This document shows positions 49,292 to 58,348 of a DNA stretch of 64,000 nucleotides, piece after piece (position 1 is the stretch's first letter; each line of letters opens with the position of its first letter). The notes beneath the pieces were generated by a model. That model did not search any database and had not been told where the DNA came from. It saw only the letters and a list, made by a program, of their open reading frames with translations. Origin of the DNA: an uncultured Actinomycetota bacterium (GTDB taxonomy: Bacteria; Actinomycetota; Actinomycetes; Propionibacteriales; Nocardioidaceae); the NCBI GenBank assembly GCA_963834245.1, contig CAWIAV010000002.1, forward strand, positions 792,038-856,037, written 5' to 3'. The translations under genes and the position numbers were made by a program.

Positions 49292-49648
49292 ATGAAGTAC
49301 ATGGTCTTGCTCATCGGTGACGGCCCCCAGAAGCCGTGGCCGACGATGACCCCGGAGGAACAGGGTGCGGTGATGACCCGGTTCGAGCAGTTCGACAGCG
49401 CGTGCACGCAGCGTGACGGAGTGTCGATCGTTGCGGGGGAGGCGCTGGACGGACCGAGCTCCGCAACGGTCATGCGCACCGGGTCGGACGGCGCTACGAC
49501 GCTGACCGAGGGCCCGTACGCCGAGGTGCTCGAGGGCCTCGGTGGGTTCTACGTCGTCGAAGCACCAGATCTGGACACTCTCACCGAGCTGCTCCGGGTC
49601 CTGCCTCCCTACGACATGGAGATCAGGCCGGTCATCGAGTACGGGTGA
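49292..49648 (+). CDS. YciI/DGPF family protein
   Basis: 'MKYMVLL', 'GEALDGPSSAT', 'TEGPYAEVLEGLGGFYVVEAPDLD', 'EIRP'; GAGG RBS. Confidence 0.9.
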   Translation: MKYMVLLIGDGPQKPWPTMTPEEQGAVMTRFEQFDSACTQRDGVSIVAGEALDGPSSATVMRTGSDGATTLTEGPYAEVLEGLGGFYVVEAPDLDTLTELLRVLPPYDMEIRPVIEYG

Positions 49649-50898
49649 CGCAGGTGAACGACGCAGCGGCCACGCTCCAGCAGACGATGCTCGACGGCTG
49701 GGGGCACTTGCTGGCGGGGCTGCTGCGTCGACACCGGCGTCCCGACCTCGTCGAGGACGCGCTGGCCGAAGCATTCGCACAGGCTGCGCATGCGTGGCCG
49801 ACCGGAGGCGTGCCGGAGAACCCGATGGGGTGGTTGCGGACGGCCGCCGACCGACGCGTCCTCGACGTGCTGCGTCGTGAGGCGTTGGCGCGGAACCGAG
49901 TGCATCTGATCTCACTGGGTGTCCCGCCAGAGGCAACAGAACACGCTCGACCCGGCGATGACGTCGACGACCGCTTGGCCTTGATCTTCATGTGTACGCA
50001 CCCGGCGCTGTCCGAGGAGGTCCGCCCCGCTCTGGCGCTGCGCTTCGTGATCGGCGTTCCGACCGAGACCATCGCCAGGCTGTTCCTCGTCCCGGTGCCC
50101 ACGATGCAGGCACGGCTGACCCGGGCGAAGAAGCGCCTGGCGGGATCCGGTATCCCGTTCTGCCTTCCCAGCCCCGAGGTCTGGCCGCAGCGGGTCGAGG
50201 GAGTGGCCCGCGCGATCTACCTCGCGTTCACGGCCGGATACGCACCCGGGGGTGATGAGGTCGTCCGGGTCCGAGAGGCCGGCGAGGCTGTGCGGCTCGC
50301 GCTCCTGGCGGAGCGGATCGTGTCCGACGACTCGGGTGTTCTGCGTTCGCTGGCTGCGTTGTTGTTGCTCCAGCACTCACGACGCGATGCGCGGACCGAT
50401 GACGAGGGTCGGATCGTCGTGCTGGCCGAACAGGACAGGTCGCGGTGGCGCGCCGACGAGATCGCTGCTGCGACCGAACTCCTGGGACGGACCCGGCCCA
50501 CGGTCGGCTACGGCGAGGAGCTCAGGCTCCAGGTCGTCATCGCCGCTTGCCATGCACTTGCCTCCGACTTCGCCGACACCGACTGGCACACGATCACCGC
50601 CGCCTACCTGCGGTTGGAGCAGCTGACGGGCTCACCGCTCGTCCGACTCAACCGAGCCGTCGCGCTGGCCGAGCTCTCCGGGCCGATGGCGGGCTTGGCC
50701 TTGTTGAAGGGTCTCGACGAGCGGCTGCCCGGACATCACCGGGTGGCTGTGGCGCGGGCCGAGCTGCTCCGGCGTGAGGGCCTGATACCCGAGGCGCGCG
50801 CCGCCTATCGCGAAGCCCTCACGTGGTGCCCCCCAGGGGCAGAGGCCAGGCACCTGTACAGGCGGCTCGCCTCGCTCGACACGACTGCGCCGGTCTGA
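49645..50898 (+). CDS. ECF sigma factor with C-terminal TPR/DUF6596 extension (ECF42-type)
   Basis: 'LVEDALAEAF', 'DDRLALIFMCTHPAL', 'QRLTRAK'-like region 4, 'LAEQDRSRW', 'SPLVRLNRAVA'; coupled to the YciI gene. Confidence 0.9.
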   Translation: MTQVNDAAATLQQTMLDGWGHLLAGLLRRHRRPDLVEDALAEAFAQAAHAWPTGGVPENPMGWLRTAADRRVLDVLRREALARNRVHLISLGVPPEATEHARPGDDVDDRLALIFMCTHPALSEEVRPALALRFVIGVPTETIARLFLVPVPTMQARLTRAKKRLAGSGIPFCLPSPEVWPQRVEGVARAIYLAFTAGYAPGGDEVVRVREAGEAVRLALLAERIVSDDSGVLRSLAALLLLQHSRRDARTDDEGRIVVLAEQDRSRWRADEIAAATELLGRTRPTVGYGEELRLQVVIAACHALASDFADTDWHTITAAYLRLEQLTGSPLVRLNRAVALAELSGPMAGLALLKGLDERLPGHHRVAVARAELLRREGLIPEARAAYREALTWCPPGAEARHLYRRLASLDTTAPV

Positions 50899-51313
50899 GG
50901 CGTCGGGGCCGGAAGGGCTGGGTGATCAGGCGAAGACGCGGATCGGGCACCTTGCGGCCGTGGACCATGCAGAACGGGTGACCCGCCGGGTCCTCGAAGA
51001 CGCGGTACCCCGTCTCGGGAGCACCGAGGCGCCGTACCGCTCCGAGCCTCAGCACGGCATCGACTGCCGGACCGAAGTCCTCGACAGCGATGTCCAGGTG
51101 GAGCTGCTGGGGGTGTCGGGCGTCGGGCCAGCGCGGAGCGACGTAGGGCTCGACCCTCTGGAACGCCAGCTCCCGCATGTGTTCCTGGCTGCCGATCACG
51201 ACCCAGTCCGGCTCGTTCTCGAGCACCCGCATCCCCAGGATCTCGGCATAGAACCCAGCCAGGGCCTGCGGGTCAGGGCAGTCGAACACGGTCTTCTCGA
51301 GGCGGCCGATCAT
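50819..51313 (-). CDS. VOC/glyoxalase-like family protein
   Basis: 'VFDCPDPQALAGFY', 'LAFQRV', 'QQLHLDI', 'VFEDPAGHPFC'. Confidence 0.88.
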   Translation of the reverse strand: MIGRLEKTVFDCPDPQALAGFYAEILGMRVLENEPDWVVIGSQEHMRELAFQRVEPYVAPRWPDARHPQQLHLDIAVEDFGPAVDAVLRLGAVRRLGAPETGYRVFEDPAGHPFCMVHGRKVPDPRLRLITQPFRPRRLRPAQSCRARRAACTGAWPLPLGGTT

Positions 51314-51471
51314 GGCTCCATCATGCGCATCCCGCGGTGGCTGTTCCGGTGCCTCTGCCACTTCGCCCGCGGTGTCGACCCTCGACGTACGGCGAACAGT
51401 CAGCGCCGTGACTCAGCTGCAGGACCGCTTGGCGATCCTCGAGTGGGTGGCGATCACGTCAGACTGGGGCG

Positions 51472-51867
51472 ATGAGCGCACAGGTGCGGCTGGACCATGT
51501 CGTGATCGCCGTCAGCGACTGGGAGCACTCGACGGCCTTCTACCGTGACGTGCTCGGCGCGGAGGTCATCGACCACCCTGACGGGCGGATCGCGTTCCGC
51601 TTCGGAAACCAGCAGCTCAACGTCCACGGTCCTGGCCTGGACGTCGGCGCCCTTGTCGCAGCTCGGCCGGTGACACCGGGAGGCAGTGACCTGTGCCTGG
51701 TCTGGCCCGGCAGCGGTGAGGAACTCGCGCGTCACTTGTCCGCCCACGGGGTCGTCGTCGAGGCCGGCCCGGTGGAGCGTCACGGCGGCAGTGGCGCTGG
51801 CTTCAGCACCTACTTCCGAGACCCTGATGGCTCGCTGCTCGAGTTCATCGTCTACCCCGCCACGTGA
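51472..51867 (+). CDS. VOC family protein
   Basis: 'LDHVVIAVSD', 'QQLNVH', 'PGGSDLCL', 'YFRDPDGSLLEF'. Confidence 0.9.
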   Translation: MSAQVRLDHVVIAVSDWEHSTAFYRDVLGAEVIDHPDGRIAFRFGNQQLNVHGPGLDVGALVAARPVTPGGSDLCLVWPGSGEELARHLSAHGVVVEAGPVERHGGSGAGFSTYFRDPDGSLLEFIVYPAT

Positions 51868-51868
51868 G

Positions 51869-51894
51869 GTCCGGGGACGCCTGTGTCCCCGGAC
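51869..51894. terminator. GC-rich hairpin between convergent genes
   Basis: GTCCGGGGAC-N6-GTCCCCGGAC right after the VOC stop. Confidence 0.6.
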
Positions 51895-51999
51895 TCGAGG
51901 TGTGTCGAGCGTTGCGCGAGGAGTATGTCGTGCCGTGACGTCGGGCAACGCTGACGACCGAGCCGCGAGCCTTCGTATGGGCCGAGGTTGACGATCCGG

Positions 52000-52452
52000 T
52001 CAGGCAACCTGCTCGAGGTGTACGGACAGTCTCCTCAGCGAGTCTGTCCAGCCGCCCTCGTGCAGCGCCAGTCGTGCCGCGGTCGCGAAGCCCCCATGCC
52101 GCACCGACAATCGGGTCGCGTCGCCCCTCGCGTCGAGGGAGATCTCGACGACTGTTTCTCGGTCGTCGGGATCGGGCTCCTCCCAACGGAAGCTGTAGGA
52201 GAGCCGCCTCGGCGGCTCGATGGCGAGGAACTCGCCTGCCAGGTGGAACAGGGCACCGTCGGGGGGCTGCATGCCCAGGCGGTAGCCGCCGCCGACTCTC
52301 AGGTCGAGCTCTATCTCGGGCGTGGTGAATCCGGTCGGGCCCCACCAGCTGCCCAGCTCGGACGGATCGGTCAGTGCTCGGAAGACCCGTTCGCGCGGGG
52401 TGCCCAGCGTGCAACTCAGCTCAAGAAGCAATGGGTCAAGCGCACTCGCCAT
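52000..52452 (-). CDS. SRPBCC/AHSA1-like domain protein
   Basis: 'RERVFRALTDP..WWGP', 'DLRVGGGYR', 'GEFLAIEPPRRLSYSFRW', 'H..GW..SL.RL'. Confidence 0.88.
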   Translation of the reverse strand: MASALDPLLLELSCTLGTPRERVFRALTDPSELGSWWGPTGFTTPEIELDLRVGGGYRLGMQPPDGALFHLAGEFLAIEPPRRLSYSFRWEEPDPDDRETVVEISLDARGDATRLSVRHGGFATAARLALHEGGWTDSLRRLSVHLEQVA

Positions 52453-52608
52453 GGCTCCCATGCTCTCACCAACGGCAGCTGCTCGCGCGGGCGCTCGAGG
52501 TCTCAGCGGGCCGATCGCGCCTTGGATCCCGGGGCCACGAGAGGTCGAGCGGAGTTCTTTGTCCCGGTCTCGCGGAGTGGACATAACCGCAGGTCAGAGG
52601 GGCTTTCT

Positions 52609-52630
52609 TGTCGGTGGTCGGTGCTTGGAT
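52609..52630 (+). promoter_or_regulatory. RecA-NDp/PafBC-like DNA-damage promoter motif, leaderless
   Basis: TGTCGG-N10-TTGGAT-N7-ATG(52638). Confidence 0.55.
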
Positions 52631-52637
52631 TCGAGTC

Positions 52638-53973
52638 ATGAGCAGTAGTCGCGACGTGGACGATCACCGGCACCCGGTGGCCGAGTTCGCGTGTCGGCTG
52701 ACCGGTCGTCTGGACGGCCTGGCCCAGGTGCCGTTGCTCTCGATGACCCCGGCCCAGAAGCGGGCCGCGTTGGTCGAGCTGGCCCGCGGCGAGGCACAGC
52801 TGGCGGCGTTGCGGTTGCGGCTGCTCGCCGATGCCGAGCAGTCCGAGGCCACCGTCGAGTCCGGTGCGGCCACCGCAGCGGACTGGGTGGCCGTGGAGAC
52901 CCGCCAAGTACGCCGTGAGGCCCGCTCGGAGCTGCGTCTGGCCCAGCGCCTGGACCACCACGAGACCCTGTCCGCGGCGATGGCTTGCGGGCGGGTCAAC
53001 CTGGCCCAGTCCCGGGCGATCGTGGCTGCGCTGGACCGGCTGCCCCGCACCGGCGCCTGGGCGCTCACCACCGAGCAGCGGGCCGCGGCCGAGCAGCACC
53101 TGGTCGACCTCGCCGCCCACCACGACGCCAAGGACCTCCGCGTCCTGGGCCGCCGGGTCTTCGAGGTGATCGCCCCCGAGGTCGCCGAACAGTTCGAGGG
53201 CCGCGCCCTGGAACGCGAAGAGGCCCACGCGCTGCGCCGGACCACGCTCACCCTGTGGGAGGACGACGAAGGCACCTGCCACGGCCGGTTCCGCATCCCC
53301 ACCCTGCACGGCCAGATGCTGACCAAGATGATCCTCGCCCTGGCCTCACCCACCCGCCCCACCACCACCGGACCGGCTGCTGGCGGCACCGCGGCGGCCG
53401 TCGATGCTGTGGACCGCGAGTCCGCGATCGCCTCTGGGATCGACCCGGACCTGCCCACCCCGGTCCGGCACGGGATCGCACTCACCCAGCTCCTCGAAGC
53501 CATCCCCGCCACCGCCCTGCCCAAGACCGGCGGCTGCTCGGCCACCATCGTGGTCACCATGACCCTGACCCAGCTCCTGGCCGACCTCGAGACCGCCGGG
53601 GTCTGCACCCTGGACACCGGCGGATCGATCTCCGCCGCCGAGGCCCGGAGGCTCGCGTGCCGGGCCGGGATCATCCCGATGGTCCTCGGCGGACCCACCC
53701 AGGTCCTCGACGTCGGCCGCCGACGCCGCCTGCACACCGAAGCCATGCGCCTGGCGATGAGCATCCGCGACCGCGGCTGCACCACCCAGGACTGCCAGAC
53801 CCCACCAGGGATGTGCCACGCCCACCACGACACCCCCTGGTCCCGGGGCGGCCACACCAACACTGCACACCGGCCGACTCCTGTGCCCCCACCACCACCG
53901 CCGCGTCCACGACCCCACCTATGTGACCCGACACCACCCCGACGGCCAGATCACCTTCCACCGACGCGAGTGA
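52638..53973 (+). CDS. DUF222-HNH protein, copy 2, frameshift inside the HNH motif (~53870)
   Basis: 'ARRLACRAGIIPMVLG..LDVGRRRRL', 'RDRGCTTQDC', 'CHAHHDTPWSRGGHTN'. The motif completes as 'GRLLCPHHHRRVHD..GQITFHRRE*' in another frame. Confidence 0.82.
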
Positions 53974-54169
53974 CAGTTGAGTCCAAGGCGTGGTGTACGA
54001 CGCGCCAACCCCTGCCATGCCGGACCCGCGACTTCGAACAAGTGCTGCCGGCACCATGTCCGCCGCGATCCAGGCTGCACGATTGAGTTCTACTTCTCGG
54101 ACCGGCTGCGCAAGCTTCGCCGGCGGAACCTGTGGGTTGTGCTCAGCGCGCGTCTGCCCCAAGCGGAAC

Positions 54170-54964
54170 CTAGGTGAGATCGTCGAAAAGGTCGGTCAGG
54201 ATCGGGGCATCGCGTCCGTGCTCGGGCCAGGCGATCGCGTACCACTCCCGCCCCACCCGACGCTCCCACTGAGCTGTGTTCGTCGGGTCGTCAGACATGA
54301 CGTGTACTTGACTCTTGTGCTCCCGCAGGCCGGCCACGATGCGACCGGCGGCAACCCGACAGTCGACGGTGATCCGGATCTGCTCATCCGGGACACCGCG
54401 CATGTGGTACGTCTGGGTCGGGTCGAAGGTGAACAGCCCGAGCTCGGCGCGCTGGCGATTCCACCGCTCGAACACCGACTGCGGGATGGCCCCGTGCGCG
54501 AGCCGCTGGAAGCCGGACCTGCTTTCGGAGCGAAGGCGCGCGAAGGCTTCGTCGGTGGCTGCCCCGATCGCGATGTGGTCTGGATGTCCGAAGATGCCAT
54601 CGGGGCCGAACGTGACCACAACGGCCGGATCCTCCGCCTCGAGGATCGCTGCGACCGCCGAGACAACGTTGTCGAACGGAACGTCCGCGACGCCACCATC
54701 CGGGAGACCGAGCCACTCGTGACGATCAGGAACGCGGCCCAATGCTCGCCACGCGGCTTCATCTTCACCCCGGCGAACGGATCCAAGCGTTTCGCGCGTG
54801 GCCGGGAACCCCTCGCGGATGTCCCCCTGCTCGCCGTACGTGGCGTGGATCAGAACGAACCTGAAGTCGGGGTCGTCGGCGTGCAACGCGACGCTGCCCG
54901 CAACCCCGTAGGCGTCGTCGTCTGGATGCGCGAAGACGCATGCGAGGGTCCGGTTGCCAGACAC
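54170..54964 (-). CDS. PIG-L/LmbE family deacetylase
   Basis: 'VFAHPDDD', 'ATYGEQG', 'VVTFGPDG.FGHPDH', 'EHKSQ'. Confidence 0.9.
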   Translation of the reverse strand: MSGNRTLACVFAHPDDDAYGVAGSVALHADDPDFRFVLIHATYGEQGDIREGFPATRETLGSVRRGEDEAAWRALGRVPDRHEWLGLPDGGVADVPFDNVVSAVAAILEAEDPAVVVTFGPDGIFGHPDHIAIGAATDEAFARLRSESRSGFQRLAHGAIPQSVFERWNRQRAELGLFTFDPTQTYHMRGVPDEQIRITVDCRVAAGRIVAGLREHKSQVHVMSDDPTNTAQWERRVGREWYAIAWPEHGRDAPILTDLFDDLT

Positions 54965-55021
54965 GGCTTCAATCTATCTGCCGCGCGGAGCGCAAGCGGT
55001 GCCGTGCGTGCGGCCCGGGCG

Positions 55022-55534
55022 TCAGTTCTGCAGGGGAACTCGCAGTCGCCAGCCGGTCTTGATCAGGTCGGGGTCCTTGATCCTCGGGTTGGCTCTGACG
55101 ATCTGGCCGACGGTGATCTTCGTGAACGGCTCGAGCTTGCGCACGATCCCGGTGAGCGTGTCGCCGGACTCCACCCGGTAGATCAAGAAGCCGTGCGAGT
55201 CGGGGAAGCAGATCACCTCGACCTCCCGGGTGTTGAACCCGGGGCTGGGGCCCTCGTCGGGCAGGCCGGGGTTGTCACCGAAGACCTGGACGGTCAGCCG
55301 AGTTCCGGCCCGCGGCGGGTCGGGGATGCGTACGCGGGCAGTGAAGTCGCCGACGCCGATGCCACCGCCGGCGGACTGCGCCGAGTCGGTGGCCAGCACC
55401 TTTCCCTTCGGGCCGAGCACCCGGACACCGATGGTTCCCTCGAATCCTGCCCCGATGCCGGCGACCACGAAGCGATCACCGACGACGTCGTTCTTGCGTG
55501 GCTGCCGCACGCGCACATCGGTCACCAGTGCCAT
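55022..55534 (-). CDS. Gmad2-like immunoglobulin domain plus C-terminal LysM domain protein
   Basis: 'VRQPR.NDVV..RFVVAG....FEGT', then 'YRVESGDTLTGI..IVRANPRIKDPDLIKTGWRLRVP'. GAGG RBS; no signal peptide seen. Confidence 0.75.
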   Translation of the reverse strand: MALVTDVRVRQPRKNDVVGDRFVVAGIGAGFEGTIGVRVLGPKGKVLATDSAQSAGGGIGVGDFTARVRIPDPPRAGTRLTVQVFGDNPGLPDEGPSPGFNTREVEVICFPDSHGFLIYRVESGDTLTGIVRKLEPFTKITVGQIVRANPRIKDPDLIKTGWRLRVPLQN

Positions 55535-55883
55535 GACCACACCTCATCAGATTCGAATTGGGTCACTCCCTTGCCCACCACTGCATACTGCTCGCGGGTG
55601 GTGCGTCCGGCAAGCCACCGGAGCGGCCAGTTCGGTCGCGGCGCTCAGGCTCATGGTGGCTCTGCGTGTGGCACTTGCGCCGACGGCGCCTTGCTCTGAT
55701 GGTCGACGACCTGATCGCCCCACACGTCGTCCGGAGCGAGCAGGACGAGAACGGATCAGAGGCTGAGCCGTAGAGCGGGTGCATCGGCCGGTCCGGGCCG
55801 CGCGGGACCTTGGACTCTGTGATTCTCAGCCGTGGTCGTGATGCGGTTGGACCCTGTCCACCGAGCCGACGGAAGGCGCCCAC

Positions 55884-56225
55884 ATGGAGGTCCAGATCAA
55901 CTCCGACAACAACGTCGTGGTCAGCGCGGGACTCAGCGAACACATCGAGACCGGCCTGGGGAGTGCGCTGTCGCAGTTCGGGGACCGCCTGACCAGGGTG
56001 GAGGTCCACCTGCGCGACGACAGCGCCGGCCGTCAGACCGAGGACGACATCCGCTGTCTCATCGAGGCGCGACCCGCGGGTCAGCAACCGGTCGCGGTGA
56101 CCGACCGGGCCGAGGCTGCGGCAACCGCCTTCGACGGCGCGATCGACAAGCTCGTCGTGCTGCTCGAGGCCAAGTTCGGCCGCATCCAGGACAAGGACTT
56201 CCGCGACACCATCCGCGGCAGCTGA
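55884..56225 (+). CDS. HPF/RaiA family ribosome-associated protein
   Basis: 'QINSDNN', 'RLTRVEVHLRD', 'RCLIEARPAG', 'A.DGAIDKL'. Confidence 0.85.
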   Translation: MEVQINSDNNVVVSAGLSEHIETGLGSALSQFGDRLTRVEVHLRDDSAGRQTEDDIRCLIEARPAGQQPVAVTDRAEAAATAFDGAIDKLVVLLEAKFGRIQDKDFRDTIRGS

Positions 56226-56340
56226 CGGGGGGCGGTCGGGACCACTGACGTGAGCCGACAGGTGGGTGGTCAGTCGAGACCACTCACGTGCGACGACATG
56301 GTGGTCGAGCGGCGTGTTGCTCGAGCAGCGACTCGCGAGG

Positions 56341-56649
56341 TCAGGTTGCCTGCTGCTCGCGCCGCTCGTGCAGGCGCTGCTGGGCTGCCGGCAGGAACGC
56401 TAGGCAGGGCGCGTCTGCGCCCGGGTGCTTCTCGTGCAGGTGGAACGTCCAACGGTCCATCGCCGCCATGAAGCCGTTGTCGCCGCCGGGCCGGTACGCC
56501 GACCAGCTGCGCTCGCCACGGGCGACGCACTCGGAGCAGCTGATCTTGTAGACGAACTGCTGCTTGTCATCCAGGTCGATCTTGACGCGTGCCAGAGAGC
56601 CGGCCTCGACGGCGGCCTTCTTCTCACGAGCGGATCGGCTCGCCGTCAT
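56341..56649 (-). CDS. Hypothetical protein with CxxC...HxHxxH motif
   Basis: 102-aa ORF with plausible codon usage, starting at ATG 56649. Confidence 0.65.
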   Translation of the reverse strand: MTASRSAREKKAAVEAGSLARVKIDLDDKQQFVYKISCSECVARGERSWSAYRPGGDNGFMAAMDRWTFHLHEKHPGADAPCLAFLPAAQQRLHERREQQAT

Positions 56650-56750
56650 GTCACACCCCTGGTTGGTCGGCCACTGGAGCCTACGTTGCCGCAGGCCGAA
56701 CCCAGGGGTCATCCCGTCGTGACGGATCTCGCTTCGGAAGCAGTGACATC

Positions 56751-56800
56751 CGCCGCCTGGCGCCGCCTGGCGCCGCCTGGCTCCGCCCGGCTCGGCCTGG
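56751..56800. repeat. 10-bp tandem repeat, five copies (three perfect CGCCGCCTGG)
   Basis: cgccgcctgg x3, ctccgcccgg, ctcggcctgg; intergenic. Confidence 0.8.
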
Positions 56801-56878
56801 CTCACGACATGCACCTGCCCGGTCCCGGTCCCGGTCAGCATGCCGCCTTCCGCGTCCTGGCAGGTGCCTGGCGGGTCG

Positions 56879-58261
56879 TCACCGCTGGGCGCGCGGGGTG
56901 ATGTGCTGGTTCAGCCGGAACACGTCTTCGGGGTCCCACTCCGACTTCAGCGCGACCAGTCGCTCGTACGCCGCACCATAGGCCTCGCGGACCCGGTGCT
57001 CGCCCTCGTCGCCGAGGTGGTTGACGTAGGTGCCGGTTGCCCACGGTCGCATCGCCGACCACAGTCCGCGTGCCCAGGCCCGGTGCGGCTCCGGCGACTC
57101 GGTGGGGTCGACCCAGATGGCGGCCACCGTCAGCATCCACTCGGCGTCGCGGTTGACGAAGGCGGTCGCGTCGGCGGGCACGCGAGCGATCGCCCCACCC
57201 AGCTGGTGCAGCAGGATCTGGTTGTACGGCGAGGTGGCACGGAGGTGGTGCTCGGCGAGCAGCTCGAGTGCGTGATCGTCGAGCGGACCGAGGAGGTCGG
57301 ACTTCACGTAGGAGCGCCGCTCATCCGGGATCAGCGGGTCGACGGCCTGCTGGAGCTCGACGTAGCTCTGCGCCCGCATGGTGTCGACGGCCGCGGGGCC
57401 GATGCTCCGCAGCGGGGCCAGCACGGCTTCACCGACCTCGACGGGGCCGCAGTGCGACCCGGCCAGCACGCACACCGGTTGGCCCTGGGCCTCGGGTGGC
57501 ACGAACGGTGCCTCCGGGGCGGTGACCATGGCGGCCATCAACCGGACCTCGTCGGGCATCGTCGGTGCCAGGTCCACCAGGTGACGCAGCACCTCGAGGT
57601 CCCGGAAGCCCGGGTGGATCAGCTCGCCGGCGTACATCGGCCCGACGGGGTGCAGGTCGTACTCGAAGGAGGTGACGATCCCGAAGTTCGCGCCCGCGCC
57701 GCGGATCCCCCAGAAGAGCTCCGGGTTCTCCTCGTGGCTGGCCCTGACGACCTCACCCGAAGCGGTGACCAGGGTGACGGCCCGGAGGTTGTCGCAGGTC
57801 AGGCCGAACCGTCGGCTCAGGGTGCCGATGCCGCCACCGAGAGTGAGACCCGCGATCCCGGTGTCGGAGACCTCGCCGCCGGGAACCGCCAGTCCGTGCT
57901 CCTGGGTCGCGTGGTCGAGCTCGCGCCACAGCACGCCCGGTTGGGCGATCGCGGTGCGTCGCTGGGGGTCGACCGCGATGGTCTTCATCGGGGACAGGTC
58001 GATGACCAGCCCGTCGTCGCAGGTGGCGAGCCCGGCCATGCTGTGGCCGCCGCCGCGCACGGCGAGCACGAGCCCGGCCGCGCGAGCCAGGCCGACGGCG
58101 ATGCGGACGTCCTCGGTGCTCGTGCACCGCATGATCGCCGCCGGGTAGCGGTCGATCGCGCGGTTCCAGACGCGGCGGGCCTCGTCGTAGTCAGGGGAGC
58201 CGGGGAGGACCAGCTCGCCCAGGAAGTCGGCGGGAGGGTTGATGGTCGCAGTGGTAGTCAT
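56879..58261 (-). CDS. FAD-binding oxidoreductase (BBE/6-hydroxy-D-nicotine oxidase-like)
   Basis: 'VRGGGHS' (covalent-FAD His), 'GLTLGGG.G', 'LFWGIRGAGANFGIVT', 'YVNH', 'WDPEDVFRLNQ'. Confidence 0.92.
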   Translation of the reverse strand: MTTTATINPPADFLGELVLPGSPDYDEARRVWNRAIDRYPAAIMRCTSTEDVRIAVGLARAAGLVLAVRGGGHSMAGLATCDDGLVIDLSPMKTIAVDPQRRTAIAQPGVLWRELDHATQEHGLAVPGGEVSDTGIAGLTLGGGIGTLSRRFGLTCDNLRAVTLVTASGEVVRASHEENPELFWGIRGAGANFGIVTSFEYDLHPVGPMYAGELIHPGFRDLEVLRHLVDLAPTMPDEVRLMAAMVTAPEAPFVPPEAQGQPVCVLAGSHCGPVEVGEAVLAPLRSIGPAAVDTMRAQSYVELQQAVDPLIPDERRSYVKSDLLGPLDDHALELLAEHHLRATSPYNQILLHQLGGAIARVPADATAFVNRDAEWMLTVAAIWVDPTESPEPHRAWARGLWSAMRPWATGTYVNHLGDEGEHRVREAYGAAYERLVALKSEWDPEDVFRLNQHITPRAQR

Positions 58262-58296
58262 GCAGCGAAGCTACGAGCCCGCTGCGGCCGCGCGGT

Positions 58297-58314
58297 ATCC
58301 CAGAACAATGGGGT
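58297..58314. promoter_or_regulatory. Imperfect palindrome in the divergent promoter region (candidate LuxR-HTH binding site)
   Basis: ATCCCA-N6-TGGGGT between the oxidoreductase and its divergent regulator. Confidence 0.35.
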
Positions 58315-58348
58315 TCCAGACGCCGCCGCCCGGGGCTACTTTCGTCTC

